Assembly (NCBI GenBank): GCA_027048495.1 | Contig: JALTWS010000011.1 | Coordinates: forward strand, 173 to 64,172 | Origin: Candidatus Azambacteria bacterium | Lineage (GTDB): Bacteria > Patescibacteriota > Minisyncoccia > GWC2-36-17 > M10-OD1-4 | Direction: 5' to 3' | DNA: 64,000 nucleotides | Shown here: positions 18,642-29,800 of the stretch, piece after piece | Layout of the letters: the number at the start of each line of letters is the position of its first letter | Position numbering within the stretch: the first letter of the stretch is position 1 | The notes under the pieces: model-generated | The model's database searches: none | Told to the model about the DNA's origin: nothing | The model's input: the letters and a program-made list of their open reading frames with translations, nothing else | Program-made: the position numbers and the translations under genes

Positions 18642-19310
18642 ATGAAAGATTATTTAGTGTTGGACTTGGAAACACAAAATGAGTTTTCCGATGTGGGAGG
18701 TAGAGCCTATCCGCATCTTTTGAAAGTATCAGTGGCGGGAGTTTATTCTTACAAAAATGATAAGTTTTTCATGATAGAAGAGAAGGACATACATATTTTA
18801 GAAGAAATGATAAAAGATTCAGCTTTGGTCATTGGGTTTAATACAAAATATTTTGATTATTTGGTTCTTCAGCCTTACTTAAAAGAAGTTGATTTAAGCA
18901 AAGTTCCTTCTTGCGACATAATGGAAGATATTGCAAATGTTTTGGGACACAGGCTTTCTTTGGACGCTATAGCTGAGGCAACTTTGGGTATAAAAAAGAG
19001 CGGTTATGGTCTTGATGCTATAAGATATTTCAGAGAAGGAAAAATGAAAGAGTTAAAAGAGTACTGCAAAGACGATGTTAAAATAACAAAAGAAATATTT
19101 GACTATGGAAGAAAACACAAGGAGCTCTATTATTTTCAAAAACAAACAAAAGAAAAACTAAAAGTTCCAGTTTATTGGGATGAGTACAACATTGATTTTA
19201 AAAACAGAGAAGAAAAATATTCAAACAGCCCAGAAGAAAAAACAGGCCAAAAATTAAGCGAACTTTCTTCTTTTGGTGGACAAGAGGAAAGTAATTATTC
19301 TTTGTTTTAA
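18642..19310 (+). CDS. DEDD-type 3'-5' exonuclease-like (RNase H-fold) protein
   Basis: LVLDLET (exo I), ...FNTKYFD..., YCKDDVKITKEIFDY (exo III YX3D). Confidence 0.5.
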   Translation: MKDYLVLDLETQNEFSDVGGRAYPHLLKVSVAGVYSYKNDKFFMIEEKDIHILEEMIKDSALVIGFNTKYFDYLVLQPYLKEVDLSKVPSCDIMEDIANVLGHRLSLDAIAEATLGIKKSGYGLDAIRYFREGKMKELKEYCKDDVKITKEIFDYGRKHKELYYFQKQTKEKLKVPVYWDEYNIDFKNREEKYSNSPEEKTGQKLSELSSFGGQEESNYSLF

Positions 19311-19314
19311 GCTT

Positions 19315-20448
19315 ATGGCTTTGAAAAAAAGCGAAAAAGAAACTTTAAGGACTTGGGTGGAAATAGACAGAAACGCTATAAAAAATAATGTAAATGTTTT
19401 TTTAAGCAAAATTCCAAAAGAGTGCAAATTAATGGCAGTTGTCAAGTCCAATGCCTACGGGCATGGGCTTGTTTTGTTTTCAAAAGAGGCTGTAGCATCT
19501 GGTGTAGATTGGCTTGGAGTTGATTCTGTTGTTGAAGGTCTTAAATTAAAAAAAGAAGGAATAAAAGCTCCCATATTGGTTTTTGGCCATACTCTTAAAA
19601 GCAGGCTTTATGAGGCAGAAAAAAACAGCATAAGCATTACAGTGTCAAATTTTTCATCTTTTGAAAGTGTTATAAAAAATGAAAAAATAAAAAATATAAA
19701 AATTCATATAAAAGTGGACACAGGAATGGGAAGGCAAGGGTTTTGTGAGGGTGACATAAAAAAAGTTGTAAATTTAGTGAAAAACAGGAAAAATTTTACC
19801 GTTGAAGGGTTATATACCCATTTTGCGGCGGCAAAAAATCCGTCATTTTTTGATTATACAAACAGGCAAGTTGATGTTTTTAAAAAATGGATATCAGCTT
19901 TTGATTTTTTACCCAAAAAGCCAATAATCCATGCTTCTGCAACTTCTGGTGTTATGATATCAGATAAGCTGTTTTTTGATATGGTGAGAGTTGGCATAGG
20001 AATGTATGGTCTCTGGCCATCAAAGCAAGTTAAAGAATATGCAAAAGACAGTTTTAAAATAAAGCCTGTATTGAAATGGAAAAGCATAATATCAGAAGTA
20101 AAAAAACTGCCAAAAGGAAGTAAAATAGGATACGATCTTACAGAGACATTAAAAAAAGATAGTTTGATTGCTGTTGTGCCTGTTGGATATTGGCACGGAT
20201 ATCCAAGATCTTTATCAAGTATTGGAAAAGTTTTGATAGAAAAAAAAGAGGCAAAAGTTCTAGGAAGGGTATCTATGGATATGATAGTTTTAGACGTAAC
20301 TCAAATAAAAGAAGCAAAACCGCAAAAGGAGGTAGTTTTGTTAGGGGAGGAGCCTCAAACAGCAGAAAGTGTGGCAGATCTTGCAGATACAATAAACTAT
20401 GAAATTGTAACCAGAATAAACCCGCTAATAAAAAGAATACTCATATAA
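19315..20448 (+). CDS. alr: Alanine racemase
   Basis: PLP lysine motif AVVKSNAYGHG, C-terminal YGLWPS...GRVSMDM; start set to ATG 19315, after the upstream stop. Confidence 0.9.
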   Translation: MALKKSEKETLRTWVEIDRNAIKNNVNVFLSKIPKECKLMAVVKSNAYGHGLVLFSKEAVASGVDWLGVDSVVEGLKLKKEGIKAPILVFGHTLKSRLYEAEKNSISITVSNFSSFESVIKNEKIKNIKIHIKVDTGMGRQGFCEGDIKKVVNLVKNRKNFTVEGLYTHFAAAKNPSFFDYTNRQVDVFKKWISAFDFLPKKPIIHASATSGVMISDKLFFDMVRVGIGMYGLWPSKQVKEYAKDSFKIKPVLKWKSIISEVKKLPKGSKIGYDLTETLKKDSLIAVVPVGYWHGYPRSLSSIGKVLIEKKEAKVLGRVSMDMIVLDVTQIKEAKPQKEVVLLGEEPQTAESVADLADTINYEIVTRINPLIKRILI

Positions 20449-20473
20449 TAATAAAAAACCGAATACCGTGCAA

Positions 20474-20500
20474 TTAGCACTCTTGACTTTAGAGTGCTAA
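20474..20500 (+). promoter_or_regulatory. CIRCE element (HrcA operator), perfect consensus
   Basis: TTAGCACTC-ttgacttta-GAGTGCTAA, 42 nt upstream of the clpB ATG. Confidence 0.85.
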
Positions 20501-20541
20501 TTTGTTATTTTAAGGTTATAAAGATAATTATTTTAAAAACT

Positions 20542-23169
20542 ATGCAATTTAATAACTTTACAACCAAAGCTCAAGAAGCTTTAATGAAAGCTCAAGAAAT
20601 TGCGCTTTCAAATTACAACCCTCAAATAGATGTTTTGCATTTACTTTATGCTTTGGCAAGCCAAGATGAGTCTGCCGTTTTGAGCGTGCTTAAAAAATTA
20701 GATGTTGATATAAAAGCGCTTTTAAGATCTGTTATGATAAGGATAAATTCTTTGCCAAAGCACAGTCAATACAGTATGTCTTTGGGGAGGATAAACGTTA
20801 CAGAAAGTTTGGCAAAAGTGCTTGATAAATCGGTTCAGACAGCAAAAGCTTTGCATGATGAATTTATATCTTGTGAGCACTTGTTTTTGGCTATCTTTGA
20901 GGTTGAGTCTGAAGCAAGAGATGTTCTGGAAAGCTTTGCTATAAACAAAGATGAAATACTAAAAGAACTTGCAAAAGTAAGAGGAGCTCATAATATAACC
21001 GATCCTGATCCGGAAGCAAAATATCAAGCATTGGAAAAATACACAGTCAATTTAACTAAATTAGCAAAAGAAAACAAGCTTGACCCTGTAATAGGAAGAG
21101 ACAATGAGATAAGAAGGGTAATACAGGTGCTTTCAAGAAGGACAAAAAACAATCCTGTTTTAATAGGGGAGCCAGGAACAGGAAAAACTGCTATAGTTGA
21201 AGGGCTTGCTCAAAGAATAGCAAAAGGCGATGTTCCGGAATCCTTAAAAGACAGTGAGCTGGTATCTTTGGATCTTGGAGCTTTGATTGCCGGAACAAAA
21301 TACAGGGGAGAATTTGAAGACAGGCTAAAAGCTGTTTTAAAAGAGATAAAAAACTACGGAGGGAAAATAATCTTGTTTATAGATGAGTTGCATACTATAG
21401 TTGGCGCAGGAGCAGTTGAGGGGTCTATGGATGCATCAAATATGCTAAAACCAGCTCTTGCAAGAGGCGAGTTGCATACCATTGGAGCAACCACTTTAAA
21501 AGAATACCAAAAGTATATAGAAAAAGACCAAGCGCTTGAAAGAAGGTTTCAGCCTGTTTTGGTACAGGAGCCAAGCGTGGAAGATACCATTTCAATCTTG
21601 CGCGGAATAAAAGAAAAATACGAAGTTCATCACGGAGTGCGTATTACAGATTCTGCTATTGTAGCGGCAGCAAAGCTATCTGCAAGATATATAACAGACA
21701 GGTATCTTCCGGACAAAGCAATAGACTTAATGGATGAGGCGGCCGCAGAGTTAAGAATGGAAATAGATTCAATGCCGCAAGAGCTTGACTCTTTAAAAAG
21801 GCAGATAATGAAGCTTGAGATTGAAAAAACTGCTTTGCAAAAAGAAAACGACGAGGATTCAAAAGAAAGATTAAAGCACATAAAAAGAAGTCTTGCAGAA
21901 CTTAAAGAGAAGTCATCTAATTTGCAAATACAATGGGAAACGGAAAAGGAAATAATATCAAAGATAAGGAAATTGAAAAAGGAAATTGACAGGCTAAGAC
22001 AGGAAGCGGAAATGGAAGAAAAAAGAGGAAATTTACAAGCAGTAGCGGAAATAAGATATGGAAAACTTCCGGAAATTGAAAAGGAAATTTCCATTCAAGA
22101 GGAAAAGCTTCAAAAAGTGCAGGGAAACAGAAGAATATTAAAAGAGGAAATTTCAGAGGAAGACATTGCAAAAATAGTTGCAAAATGGACAGGCATTCCT
22201 GTATCAAAAATGCTTCAAGAGGAAACAAAAAGGCTTCTTAAAATGGAAGAGGAGCTTAAAAAAAGAGTTGTTGGCCAAGACAAGGCAATTGAAGCGATAG
22301 CAAACGCTATAAGAAGGTCAAGAGCTGGAATTTCTGATAAAAACAAGCCAATAGGATCTTTTATGTTTTTGGGTCCTACCGGAGTTGGAAAAACTGAACT
22401 TGCAAAAGCAATTGCCGAGTTTATGTTCCAGTCAGAGTCTGCCATAGTAAGGATTGACATGTCAGAGTATATGGAAAAGCATTCCGTTTCCAAAATGATA
22501 GGGTCTCCTCCTGGATATGTTGGGTATGAAGAAGGAGGACAACTAACAGAGCAAATAAGAAGAAAACCTTACAGTGTAGTTTTGTTTGATGAAATAGAAA
22601 AAGCTCATCCGGAAGTCTTCAATATGCTTTTGCAGATTTTGGATGAAGGCATGTTAACAGATTCAAAAGGAAGAAAGGTTAACTTCAAAAATACTATTAT
22701 AATAATGACTTCAAATGTAGGATCAGAATCACTTCTTAAAATAAGCGATCTTGGATTTGCAAATGGAGAAGAAAAAAGCAACAAACAAAAACATGAAGAA
22801 ATAATAAGAAAAGTCCAAGACTCTCTTAAAGAGACTTTCAAGCCAGAGTTTTTAAACAGAATAGATGAAATAATAATATTCAATCCTTTAAGCAAAGAAG
22901 TCTTGGAGCAAATCATAGATATCCAATTAGAAAAGCTATCGGAAAACTTAAAAGAAAAGAAAATAAAGATAAAAGTAACAAAAAAAGCAAAAAGCTTCCT
23001 AATAGAAAAATGTACAGACTTGCATTATGGGGCAAGACCGCTCAAAAGGCTTATCCAAAAGCATATACTTGATGCTTTATCAAAAAAGATAATAGAAGGA
23101 ACTTTATCGGATGGTAAGAGTGTGACTATTGACGCAAAAGATGGTAATATTGAACTTAAGATAAAGTAA
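20542..23169 (+). CDS. clpB: Chaperone ClpB (two AAA+ modules with M-domain coiled coil)
   Basis: Two Clp N repeats, NBD1 GEPGTGKT with FIDELHT, long coiled coil, NBD2 GPTGVGKTE with LFDEIEKAH, sensor-2 GARPLKR. Confidence 0.95.
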   Translation: MQFNNFTTKAQEALMKAQEIALSNYNPQIDVLHLLYALASQDESAVLSVLKKLDVDIKALLRSVMIRINSLPKHSQYSMSLGRINVTESLAKVLDKSVQTAKALHDEFISCEHLFLAIFEVESEARDVLESFAINKDEILKELAKVRGAHNITDPDPEAKYQALEKYTVNLTKLAKENKLDPVIGRDNEIRRVIQVLSRRTKNNPVLIGEPGTGKTAIVEGLAQRIAKGDVPESLKDSELVSLDLGALIAGTKYRGEFEDRLKAVLKEIKNYGGKIILFIDELHTIVGAGAVEGSMDASNMLKPALARGELHTIGATTLKEYQKYIEKDQALERRFQPVLVQEPSVEDTISILRGIKEKYEVHHGVRITDSAIVAAAKLSARYITDRYLPDKAIDLMDEAAAELRMEIDSMPQELDSLKRQIMKLEIEKTALQKENDEDSKERLKHIKRSLAELKEKSSNLQIQWETEKEIISKIRKLKKEIDRLRQEAEMEEKRGNLQAVAEIRYGKLPEIEKEISIQEEKLQKVQGNRRILKEEISEEDIAKIVAKWTGIPVSKMLQEETKRLLKMEEELKKRVVGQDKAIEAIANAIRRSRAGISDKNKPIGSFMFLGPTGVGKTELAKAIAEFMFQSESAIVRIDMSEYMEKHSVSKMIGSPPGYVGYEEGGQLTEQIRRKPYSVVLFDEIEKAHPEVFNMLLQILDEGMLTDSKGRKVNFKNTIIIMTSNVGSESLLKISDLGFANGEEKSNKQKHEEIIRKVQDSLKETFKPEFLNRIDEIIIFNPLSKEVLEQIIDIQLEKLSENLKEKKIKIKVTKKAKSFLIEKCTDLHYGARPLKRLIQKHILDALSKKIIEGTLSDGKSVTIDAKDGNIELKIK

Positions 23170-23179
23170 TCTAACTAAA

Positions 23180-23887
23180 ATGTTAAAAAGTTTTTTTGTA
23201 GCGGCTATTGTTTTTGCTTCGTTAGAATATTTCGTTTTAAAAGATTATTTTTCTTGGATTTTGTTTTTATCTTTTCTTTTGGTTTTATTGTTTTTTAGTT
23301 GGTTTTTTACCAAAAAAGCAAATTTAACTTTTATAACTTTATTAGTCCCTTTTTCTGCTTATTTGCTTTTACAAATAATAAGCAATCCTACGCTCAAACA
23401 TATAACAACTGCCATAGCTTCGGCAGTTGTTTATATTTTGTTTTCTAAAAGAGTAAATAAATCTTTTTTGATTATTCTGTCTTTTTTTGAATTTTTTGTT
23501 ATATCATCATTTTTGTTTGCTGTGGAATTTTTAGAAAAAATAGATAAGTTGTCGGCGAGCTTTTTTTCTTTTTTGCTTGTTTTTTTTATGTTTTATTCTT
23601 CCATAGCAGGGGTATTAAGATTAAGGTTTGAGGATAAATTCAGGCTTTTTGTTTTTTCTTTTTTGACCGGGTTGATCTTGGCAGAATTTTTCTGGATCAT
23701 CATTAAATTTCCATTTAATTTTGTAACAGCTGGTTTTATGTTGTTTTTGGTTTATTATTTAATTTGGGATGTAACAATAAGATATTTTGCCGGATCTTTA
23801 ACTAAAAAAGCGGCTTATTTTTCAATATTGTTTTTCCTATTGATTTTGGCTTTTATTTTTACTATAGTTAAGCTTATTTTAATTTAA
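23180..23887 (+). CDS. Polytopic membrane protein, hypothetical
   Basis: 235 aa, about 7 hydrophobic helices, no recognisable motif. Confidence 0.4.
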   Translation: MLKSFFVAAIVFASLEYFVLKDYFSWILFLSFLLVLLFFSWFFTKKANLTFITLLVPFSAYLLLQIISNPTLKHITTAIASAVVYILFSKRVNKSFLIILSFFEFFVISSFLFAVEFLEKIDKLSASFFSFLLVFFMFYSSIAGVLRLRFEDKFRLFVFSFLTGLILAEFFWIIIKFPFNFVTAGFMLFLVYYLIWDVTIRYFAGSLTKKAAYFSILFFLLILAFIFTIVKLILI

Positions 23888-23909
23888 TAATTAAAAAACA
23901 TCATAAATT

Positions 23910-24626
23910 ATGAAAAAGTACAAAGCGGTGGATTTTCTTGTAATATTTTTTGTAGGTGGGTTATCAGGTGTTTTTTTTACTTTTTTTGTTGTGCCAAAGC
24001 TTGCGGAGTTTGGAGTCAAAACAGCGCAAAAAGCTGTTAACCAAACTATAATAGTAAACAAAACCGAAAAATTATTTGTTCAAGAAGAGGAAATTTTAGA
24101 TAATATAATAGAGGAAGCAAAAAAATATACCGTATATGTTAAATCAAAAAGCGGAAATTTATTTTTATCTTCCGGAAGTGGAGTTATAATTGGATCTAAC
24201 GGGCTTATAGTAACAAGAAAGGAAGCAATTAATGCGGAAGCGGAAATAGTTGTGGAAAGAAACGGAAATGAATTGGAAGCGGAAGTTATAAAGGAAGGAA
24301 ATGGAAACGGGCTTGTCCTTTTAAAAGTTAACGACAAAGAAAGCAACTTTCCCGTAATTTCTTTTTCTTCTCCAAAAGTCGGCAAAAAAGTTTTTATGTT
24401 AGGAAGAAAAAGAGGAACTGCAGAAGATAAGTTTTTTATAAACAAAGGCATTATAAAAATAATAGATGATGGAATATTAGAAACCAATATTGTTGAAAAC
24501 GCTGGATTAATTTCAGGAACTCCTTTGATTGATTACTCTGGCAATTTAGTTGGCATCAATTTTATAGGTTTGGACGGCTTTGTATTTTCAGTTTCTTCAG
24601 ACATTATAAAGGAATTTGCGTTTTAA
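23910..24626 (+). CDS. Membrane-anchored trypsin-like (S1/HtrA-like) serine peptidase domain protein
   Basis: N-terminal TM; GSGVIIGSNGLIVT and GLISGTPLIDYSGNLVGINF resemble the S1C GNSGGPL region. Confidence 0.45.
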   Translation: MKKYKAVDFLVIFFVGGLSGVFFTFFVVPKLAEFGVKTAQKAVNQTIIVNKTEKLFVQEEEILDNIIEEAKKYTVYVKSKSGNLFLSSGSGVIIGSNGLIVTRKEAINAEAEIVVERNGNELEAEVIKEGNGNGLVLLKVNDKESNFPVISFSSPKVGKKVFMLGRKRGTAEDKFFINKGIIKIIDDGILETNIVENAGLISGTPLIDYSGNLVGINFIGLDGFVFSVSSDIIKEFAF

Positions 24627-24638
24627 CTTATTCTTTCC

Positions 24639-24766
24639 GGAAATTTCCACCCCATTTCCATATAATTTCCTAAAAAATTTGAATAGGAAATTATATGGAA
24701 ATGGGGTGTTGCTTTTTTTGGGAAAATAGCATATACTTCTGGCAAATATAAGATTAGGAAATTTCC
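24639..24766. repeat. GGAAAT/ATTTCC hexamer array A (11-bp phased) with a 25-bp perfect inverted repeat
   Basis: ATTTCC at 24643, 24654 and 24665; GGAAAT at 24686 and 24697. The inverted repeat is CACCCCATTTCCATATAATTTCCTA (24648-24672) against TAGGAAATTATATGGAAATGGGGTG (24684-24708). GGAAATTTCC palindromes at 24639 and 24757. Confidence 0.85.
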
Positions 24767-24770
24767 ATAT

Positions 24771-25520
24771 ATGTATAACCTTGATTTTGAAGACAACAAA
24801 AAATGGGGAAGTGTACTTGAGGTAACTGTTGCTGTTTGGAAGGTTTCTGATGCCTCTATGAGCGATAACTTCTTAAAAGAGGAACTTAAAAAAACAGCAA
24901 AGAATATTTTAATTTTTTATACATATTATTTTTCTTCTTCAAACTTTGAAGATAAAAAATTAGAAAACAAGCTTATCTATTATCTGGATAAAATGATAGC
25001 TTTGCTTTCTTTGTCCCAGAGGCTTTCCAAGTTAAAGGAGATAAACTTTGTAATTTTAAAAAATGAATACAAAAAAATAAAATTTGAACTGTTGGCAAAA
25101 ATAGACCAAAGAAATATTCAAAACAAAAATAACAGTAAAAAAAGTACATTAGATGAAAGTCAGGGGTTGGAAACCTCTCAAGATTTAGAAGAAAATAAAG
25201 TTACTGAGAAAAAAAAAGAAGAAGAGGAGTTTAAAAAACAACAACAAGAAGAAAGTGAGCAGAAAGAACAAAACTCAGCAATAAAAAAAACCAAAACAAT
25301 AAAAAACAAAACTTATGATTTAAGTCCAAGACAGCAGGATATAATTGATCTTTTAAAAAGAAACCCCGATGCTAAAATAAGGCCAAAAGATATAGCAATG
25401 AGTTTTCCAAAAGTAACTCCAAGAACCATAAGGACAGACCTTAAAATTTTGTGTGATAAAAATATCTTAAAAAGATCAAGCAGGAAAGGACAATCTGTTT
25501 TTTACTACTTAGTTAAGTAA
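24771..25520 (+). CDS. Transcriptional regulator with C-terminal DeoR/HrcA-like winged HTH
   Basis: C-terminus LSPRQQDIIDLLKRNPDAKIRPKDIAMSFPKVTPRTIRTDLKILCDKNILKR resembles the DeoR-type HTH (TIRRDL); acidic K/E-rich linker; N-terminal helical domain of unknown family. Confidence 0.5.
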   Translation: MYNLDFEDNKKWGSVLEVTVAVWKVSDASMSDNFLKEELKKTAKNILIFYTYYFSSSNFEDKKLENKLIYYLDKMIALLSLSQRLSKLKEINFVILKNEYKKIKFELLAKIDQRNIQNKNNSKKSTLDESQGLETSQDLEENKVTEKKKEEEEFKKQQQEESEQKEQNSAIKKTKTIKNKTYDLSPRQQDIIDLLKRNPDAKIRPKDIAMSFPKVTPRTIRTDLKILCDKNILKRSSRKGQSVFYYLVK

Positions 25521-25528
25521 ATTTAAAC

Positions 25529-25676
25529 GGAAATTATATGGAAATGAATAGGAAATGAATAGGAAATAATTAGGAAATGAATAGGAAATTAAATTTCCTA
25601 TTCATTTCCTAATTATTTCCGCATAATTTCCATATAATTTCCTATTCATTTCCTAATTATTTCCTATTTAATTTCT
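25529..25676. repeat. GGAAAT/ATTTCC hexamer array B: 6 direct plus 7-8 inverted copies at exact 11-bp spacing
   Basis: GGAAAT starts at 25529, 25540, 25551, 25562, 25573 and 25584; ATTTCC starts at 25593, 25604, 25615, 25626, 25637, 25648, 25659 and (25671, degenerate); symmetry centre about 25591. Confidence 0.9.
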
Positions 25677-26411
25677 CAAGTTGGGGTTCAAATTTAGATA
25701 AAAGTGATGTGCTTTTTACATTTGCTTTTGAAAAAAATTTATATTTTGTTTTTTGAGAAAATTTTTGGTAGTGTTCTTTTTTAAAATTTAAGTTTTGCAA
25801 TTTTAATTTTTTGTTTTTTGAAAATTTTGAGTTTTTTATATTTTTGTTTGTTTTTGTTTTTTGAAAAATAAAAATTAACTTTTGTGTATAACTTTGCAAA
25901 CAAAATTTAGCAAAAAATTATTAAAGAACTTTTATTTTAAAATGCAAATTTGCTTGCAAAGTTATCCACAAAAAAAATTTTAAAAAACAGCAAAGTTTTT
26001 TAGAAAGAAAACAACTTTTAAAAAATCGTTTATTTTTAAGCTTTTTTCTTTTGTATTTGAATATGTTTTTTTGTGGGGTTTGTAATTTATAATGTGTTTG
26101 CGTTTGTTGATAGAAGTTTTTATATTTGCTATAATTTATGTAGCTTTGGGTAAAATGCTTGTAAATGCTTTGGGCTATTGATATACTTTTAAAAAGATGA
26201 TAAAATAGACTTGCAAGCTTGAGGTTCTTTTTGTGTATTTAATTTTTTCTCGGCAATAAATTTTTGAATCGCTGTTTCGCATAGCGGATAGTGGTTCAAA
26301 AATTTGTTGCTGGGTTCTGGTTAAGCGGTTTGAAAAAAGGAAAGAACTTTGAAAATTTAATAGCAACAACAGTAGGTTTTGGAAGAGTCTTGGTTTGAAA
26401 GCAGTCAGTGT

Positions 26412-26556
26412 TAGGAAATATTAGGAAGTTGTTAGGAAATGATTAGGAAATTTCCTGATGCAAACTTCATTAGGAAATTTTCCAAGGAAGGGATTAAAAG
26501 CTTTTGCTTGTTAATTTCCGTTTCCATTTCTTAGAAAAGTAAGTTCGTTTCCTAAA
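26412..26556. repeat. TAGGAAAT array C upstream of the giant surface-protein gene
   Basis: TAGGAA at 26412, 26422, 26433 and 26444 (10-11-bp spacing) and at 26471; inverted (A/G)TTTCC at 26514, 26520 and 26547. Confidence 0.8.
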
Positions 26557-26800
26557 ATAGGTTTTCTAACATTATCACTGAAAAAAGCTTGGAGTTAGCT
26601 GATCTCTTGTTCTGAAAAAATTTGTCAATTTGGTTAATTAGTTTGTTTGATACATAGAGTTAGGTCGATCCCTTTTTTGGGGAACTCGATTCTAATTGTA
26701 TTGAGAGGATAAATCATTAATTAGTATTTACTTTGTAAAGCAACATAATTAAGTAAACTTATCTGCCTTTGGCAGACAAGTTTGCGAAAAAATAATTAAT

Positions 26801-29800
26801 ATGAACGCATTATCAAGTAAAGCTACTGAGAAATTTAAGCAATTTCTTGCGATAGCTTTAGCTTTGGTTACAACTGTTGTTTTGTCTGGTATTGCAACAG
26901 TAATATCAGCAAACGCAGCTGGTGACGATATACTACAAGAAGGTAGCCTTATAAAGGCTCCTGATAGGCCAGAGGTTTATATTATAAATACTAAAGCTCA
27001 TGGCCAATACGCTGGATGGAAGAGGCACATATTCAATCCTGATGTGTTTAATATGTACGGTCATTTGAGTTGGGATGCTATAAAAATAGTGCCACAGTCA
27101 GTTATTGACATGTATGAAACTTCTAACCTTTACAGAGCAGATGGAGATCCAAGAGTGTATTACTTAAAAGAAGAAGGATCAACAGCTGTTAAATATCACA
27201 TTCAAGATGAAGCAGCATTTAACGCTTATGGTTTCAGCTGGGATCAAGTCTTCATAGTTAACGAAAGAGAAAGAGATTATTATCCAACAGGTTATGTAAT
27301 AACAGCTACTTCAGGTCTTCCAGGACAACAAAACAATAACAACAACGGAGGACAACAAGGGGGAACAACTCCTGTTGGAAGCGGACTTACAGTAAGTGTG
27401 GCTTCTGACAATCCGGTTGCGGATACAATTCTTTCAGATGACACATCAAACCAATATCCGCAAGCTTTGATTCCTTTCTTGAAGGTAAATTTTGCTGCTG
27501 GAAATGATGGAGATGTAAAAGTTACATCAGTAAGCTTCAAAAGAACAGGTATAGCATCAGACTCTGATCTTGGAAATCTATACCTTTATGATGGAGAAAT
27601 GAGGGTTGCTGAATACACATCATTTAGCGACAGAGTTGTAACATTTACAAATCCATCAGGATTGTTTACTGTTCCAAAAGGAACAACAAAGACAATCACC
27701 TTAAAAGGTGACCTAGCAAGAGGGTCAACTCCTGTTTCTGCATCAAAGACAATAGGATTTGATCTTGTTTCAGCTTCTGATGTAACAACAGACGGCGCTG
27801 CTGTTTCAGGATCATTCCCAATTATGGGAAATAAGATGGCAACAGCTCAGGTGTCTGATCTTGGATACCTTTACATTGACGCTTATGAAACAACAAATCC
27901 TTCATCTTTGAAGGGTGATGCAACAAACCAAGAGTTGTGGAGATTCAGCCTTATTTCTGGAAATCAAGATATGGAAGTAAGAAAGATTAAGCTTACAATG
28001 GTTGGAACAATCTCACCAACAGATATTCAAAATTTAAAGCTTGAGGTTGGAGGTGTTCAGGTTGGATCAGCTCAAGCTATTGCTTCTGACAACACAGTTA
28101 TATTTGACCTTTCATCAAATCCTATAAGGATTAACTCAGGTCAAACAAAGATTGTTTCTTTGAAGGGTGATATGAATGGAGGAGCAGGAAGGAATTTTTA
28201 CTTCTCAATTCAAAGATCATCTGATGTTGTGGTTTATGATAGAGGATATGGAGTATTTGTCACAATGGCAAAGGATACTCAAACAGGAGCATTTGGTATC
28301 GTAAAACCAACATCAGCAACTTCAGTTGATGCCGGAACATTGACGCTTAGTGTTGCAACAGACTCACCAACAGGAAATATTCCTGCTTCTGCAACAGGAG
28401 TTACATTGGCTAAGTTTGGATTTTATGCATCAGGAGAGTCTGTAAAAGTTGACAACCTTTCAGTAAAATGTAATTCAAGCAATACAGGACTTTACATTGA
28501 TAACGTAAAGCTTCTTCTTGAAGGTTCACAGGTTGGATCAACTGCAACAACACTTCAATGTAACAATTCAGCTACTGTAAGCTTCACATTTGGAAATACA
28601 TTCCAAGTTCCTGCAGGAACAACAAAATACTTAACAATTGTTGCTGATACTACAGATTCTACTGTATCAGACGGTAATACAATAGCTGTAAGTTTAGTTG
28701 CTGGATCAGGAAATGCTCAAGGATTATCAACATTAAACTCAATAAGCACAACTGATCAAACAGCAAGAACTGTAACAGTTAAATCAGGAGCAGCTACTGT
28801 TGCTAAAAACACAGCATTTGGAGATAAAACATCTTCAAATCCAACAGGAACAGTTAATGCTTCTGGAGTTAAGATTGGATCATTTGTTATAACTGCAGGA
28901 GCTGGAGAGGCTATTGATGTAACACAGATAACTCTTGCTGATGATGCAACAACACAATTGGGAGACAACTTCCAAAACTTGATGCTAAAAGACAGCAACG
29001 GAAATCAGATTGGTTCAACAATAGCAACTCTTAATACAACAGCAGGAACATATACATTTACACCTGCATCTCCTATCAGGATAAATGCAGGACAACAGTT
29101 TGTTGTAGATGTATTTGCTGATATTAAGAGTTCTGCTGCTGATACAGGAACCTCTTTGTCACCGGTTGCAAAAGTCAACAGCGTAACAGCAACAGGAGTA
29201 AGCACATCATCTGATGCAAGTTACACAACAGCAGTAAACTTGCAAACAGCTTACATAGCTTCAAGTGGTAACTTGACAGTTACAACAGGAGCAGATACTC
29301 CTATAGCTCAACAGCTAGTTATGGGATCAACAGATGTCGCTTTGGCAACATTTAAGCTAGAAGCTAATGCCGCAGAGGACATCATAATCTCTGACATAAC
29401 AGTTTCTGATCAAGTTTCTTCAGGAGCAACAGGAACACTTAAGAACTTGAAGCTTTATGTAGATGGTGTTCAAGTTGGCCAAACTGTCCAGTTGTCTGGA
29501 ACAGATTCAACATCAACTTATGCAAACGCTAATTTCTCAGGATTAAATCTTGTAATCCCAAGAAATAGCTCAAAGACATTGACAGTTAGGGCCGATGTAA
29601 CATCATACGATGATGGAGCTTCAGCAGGATCAACTCATAAGATCGCTCTTCTTGTAAACAAAGGAGGCGGAAGTGAGTCAATAACTGCAAAAGGAGCATC
29701 ATCTGGAGCATCTATAACAGGAGCATCTCTTGATTATGGAACATCTCCAGATGCAGATCAGACAGCAAACACAATGACAGTATACGCTACAAAAGTATCT

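Noticed and set aside
21630-22228. Several minus-strand ORFs (154, 103, 68 aa) inside clpB, and similar antisense ORFs inside tgt (15942-16522), the CaCA antiporter (9004-9690), the LTD gene (47265-47914), the Wzy_C genes and the surface-protein gene
   Set aside because: All lie antisense to strongly supported conserved genes and have low-complexity translations; no independent evidence
25529-25676. GGAAAT arrays as a CRISPR array
   Set aside because: Units are 11 bp with no spacers, arranged convergently; no cas genes in the window
25962-25970. Perfect DnaA box TTATCCACA (plus DnaA-box-like TGTGGATAT at 8803 and 50003) as an oriC marker
   Set aside because: Only a single exact box, no cluster, no dnaA/dnaN nearby; one 9-mer hit in 64 kb of AT-rich DNA is near chance expectation
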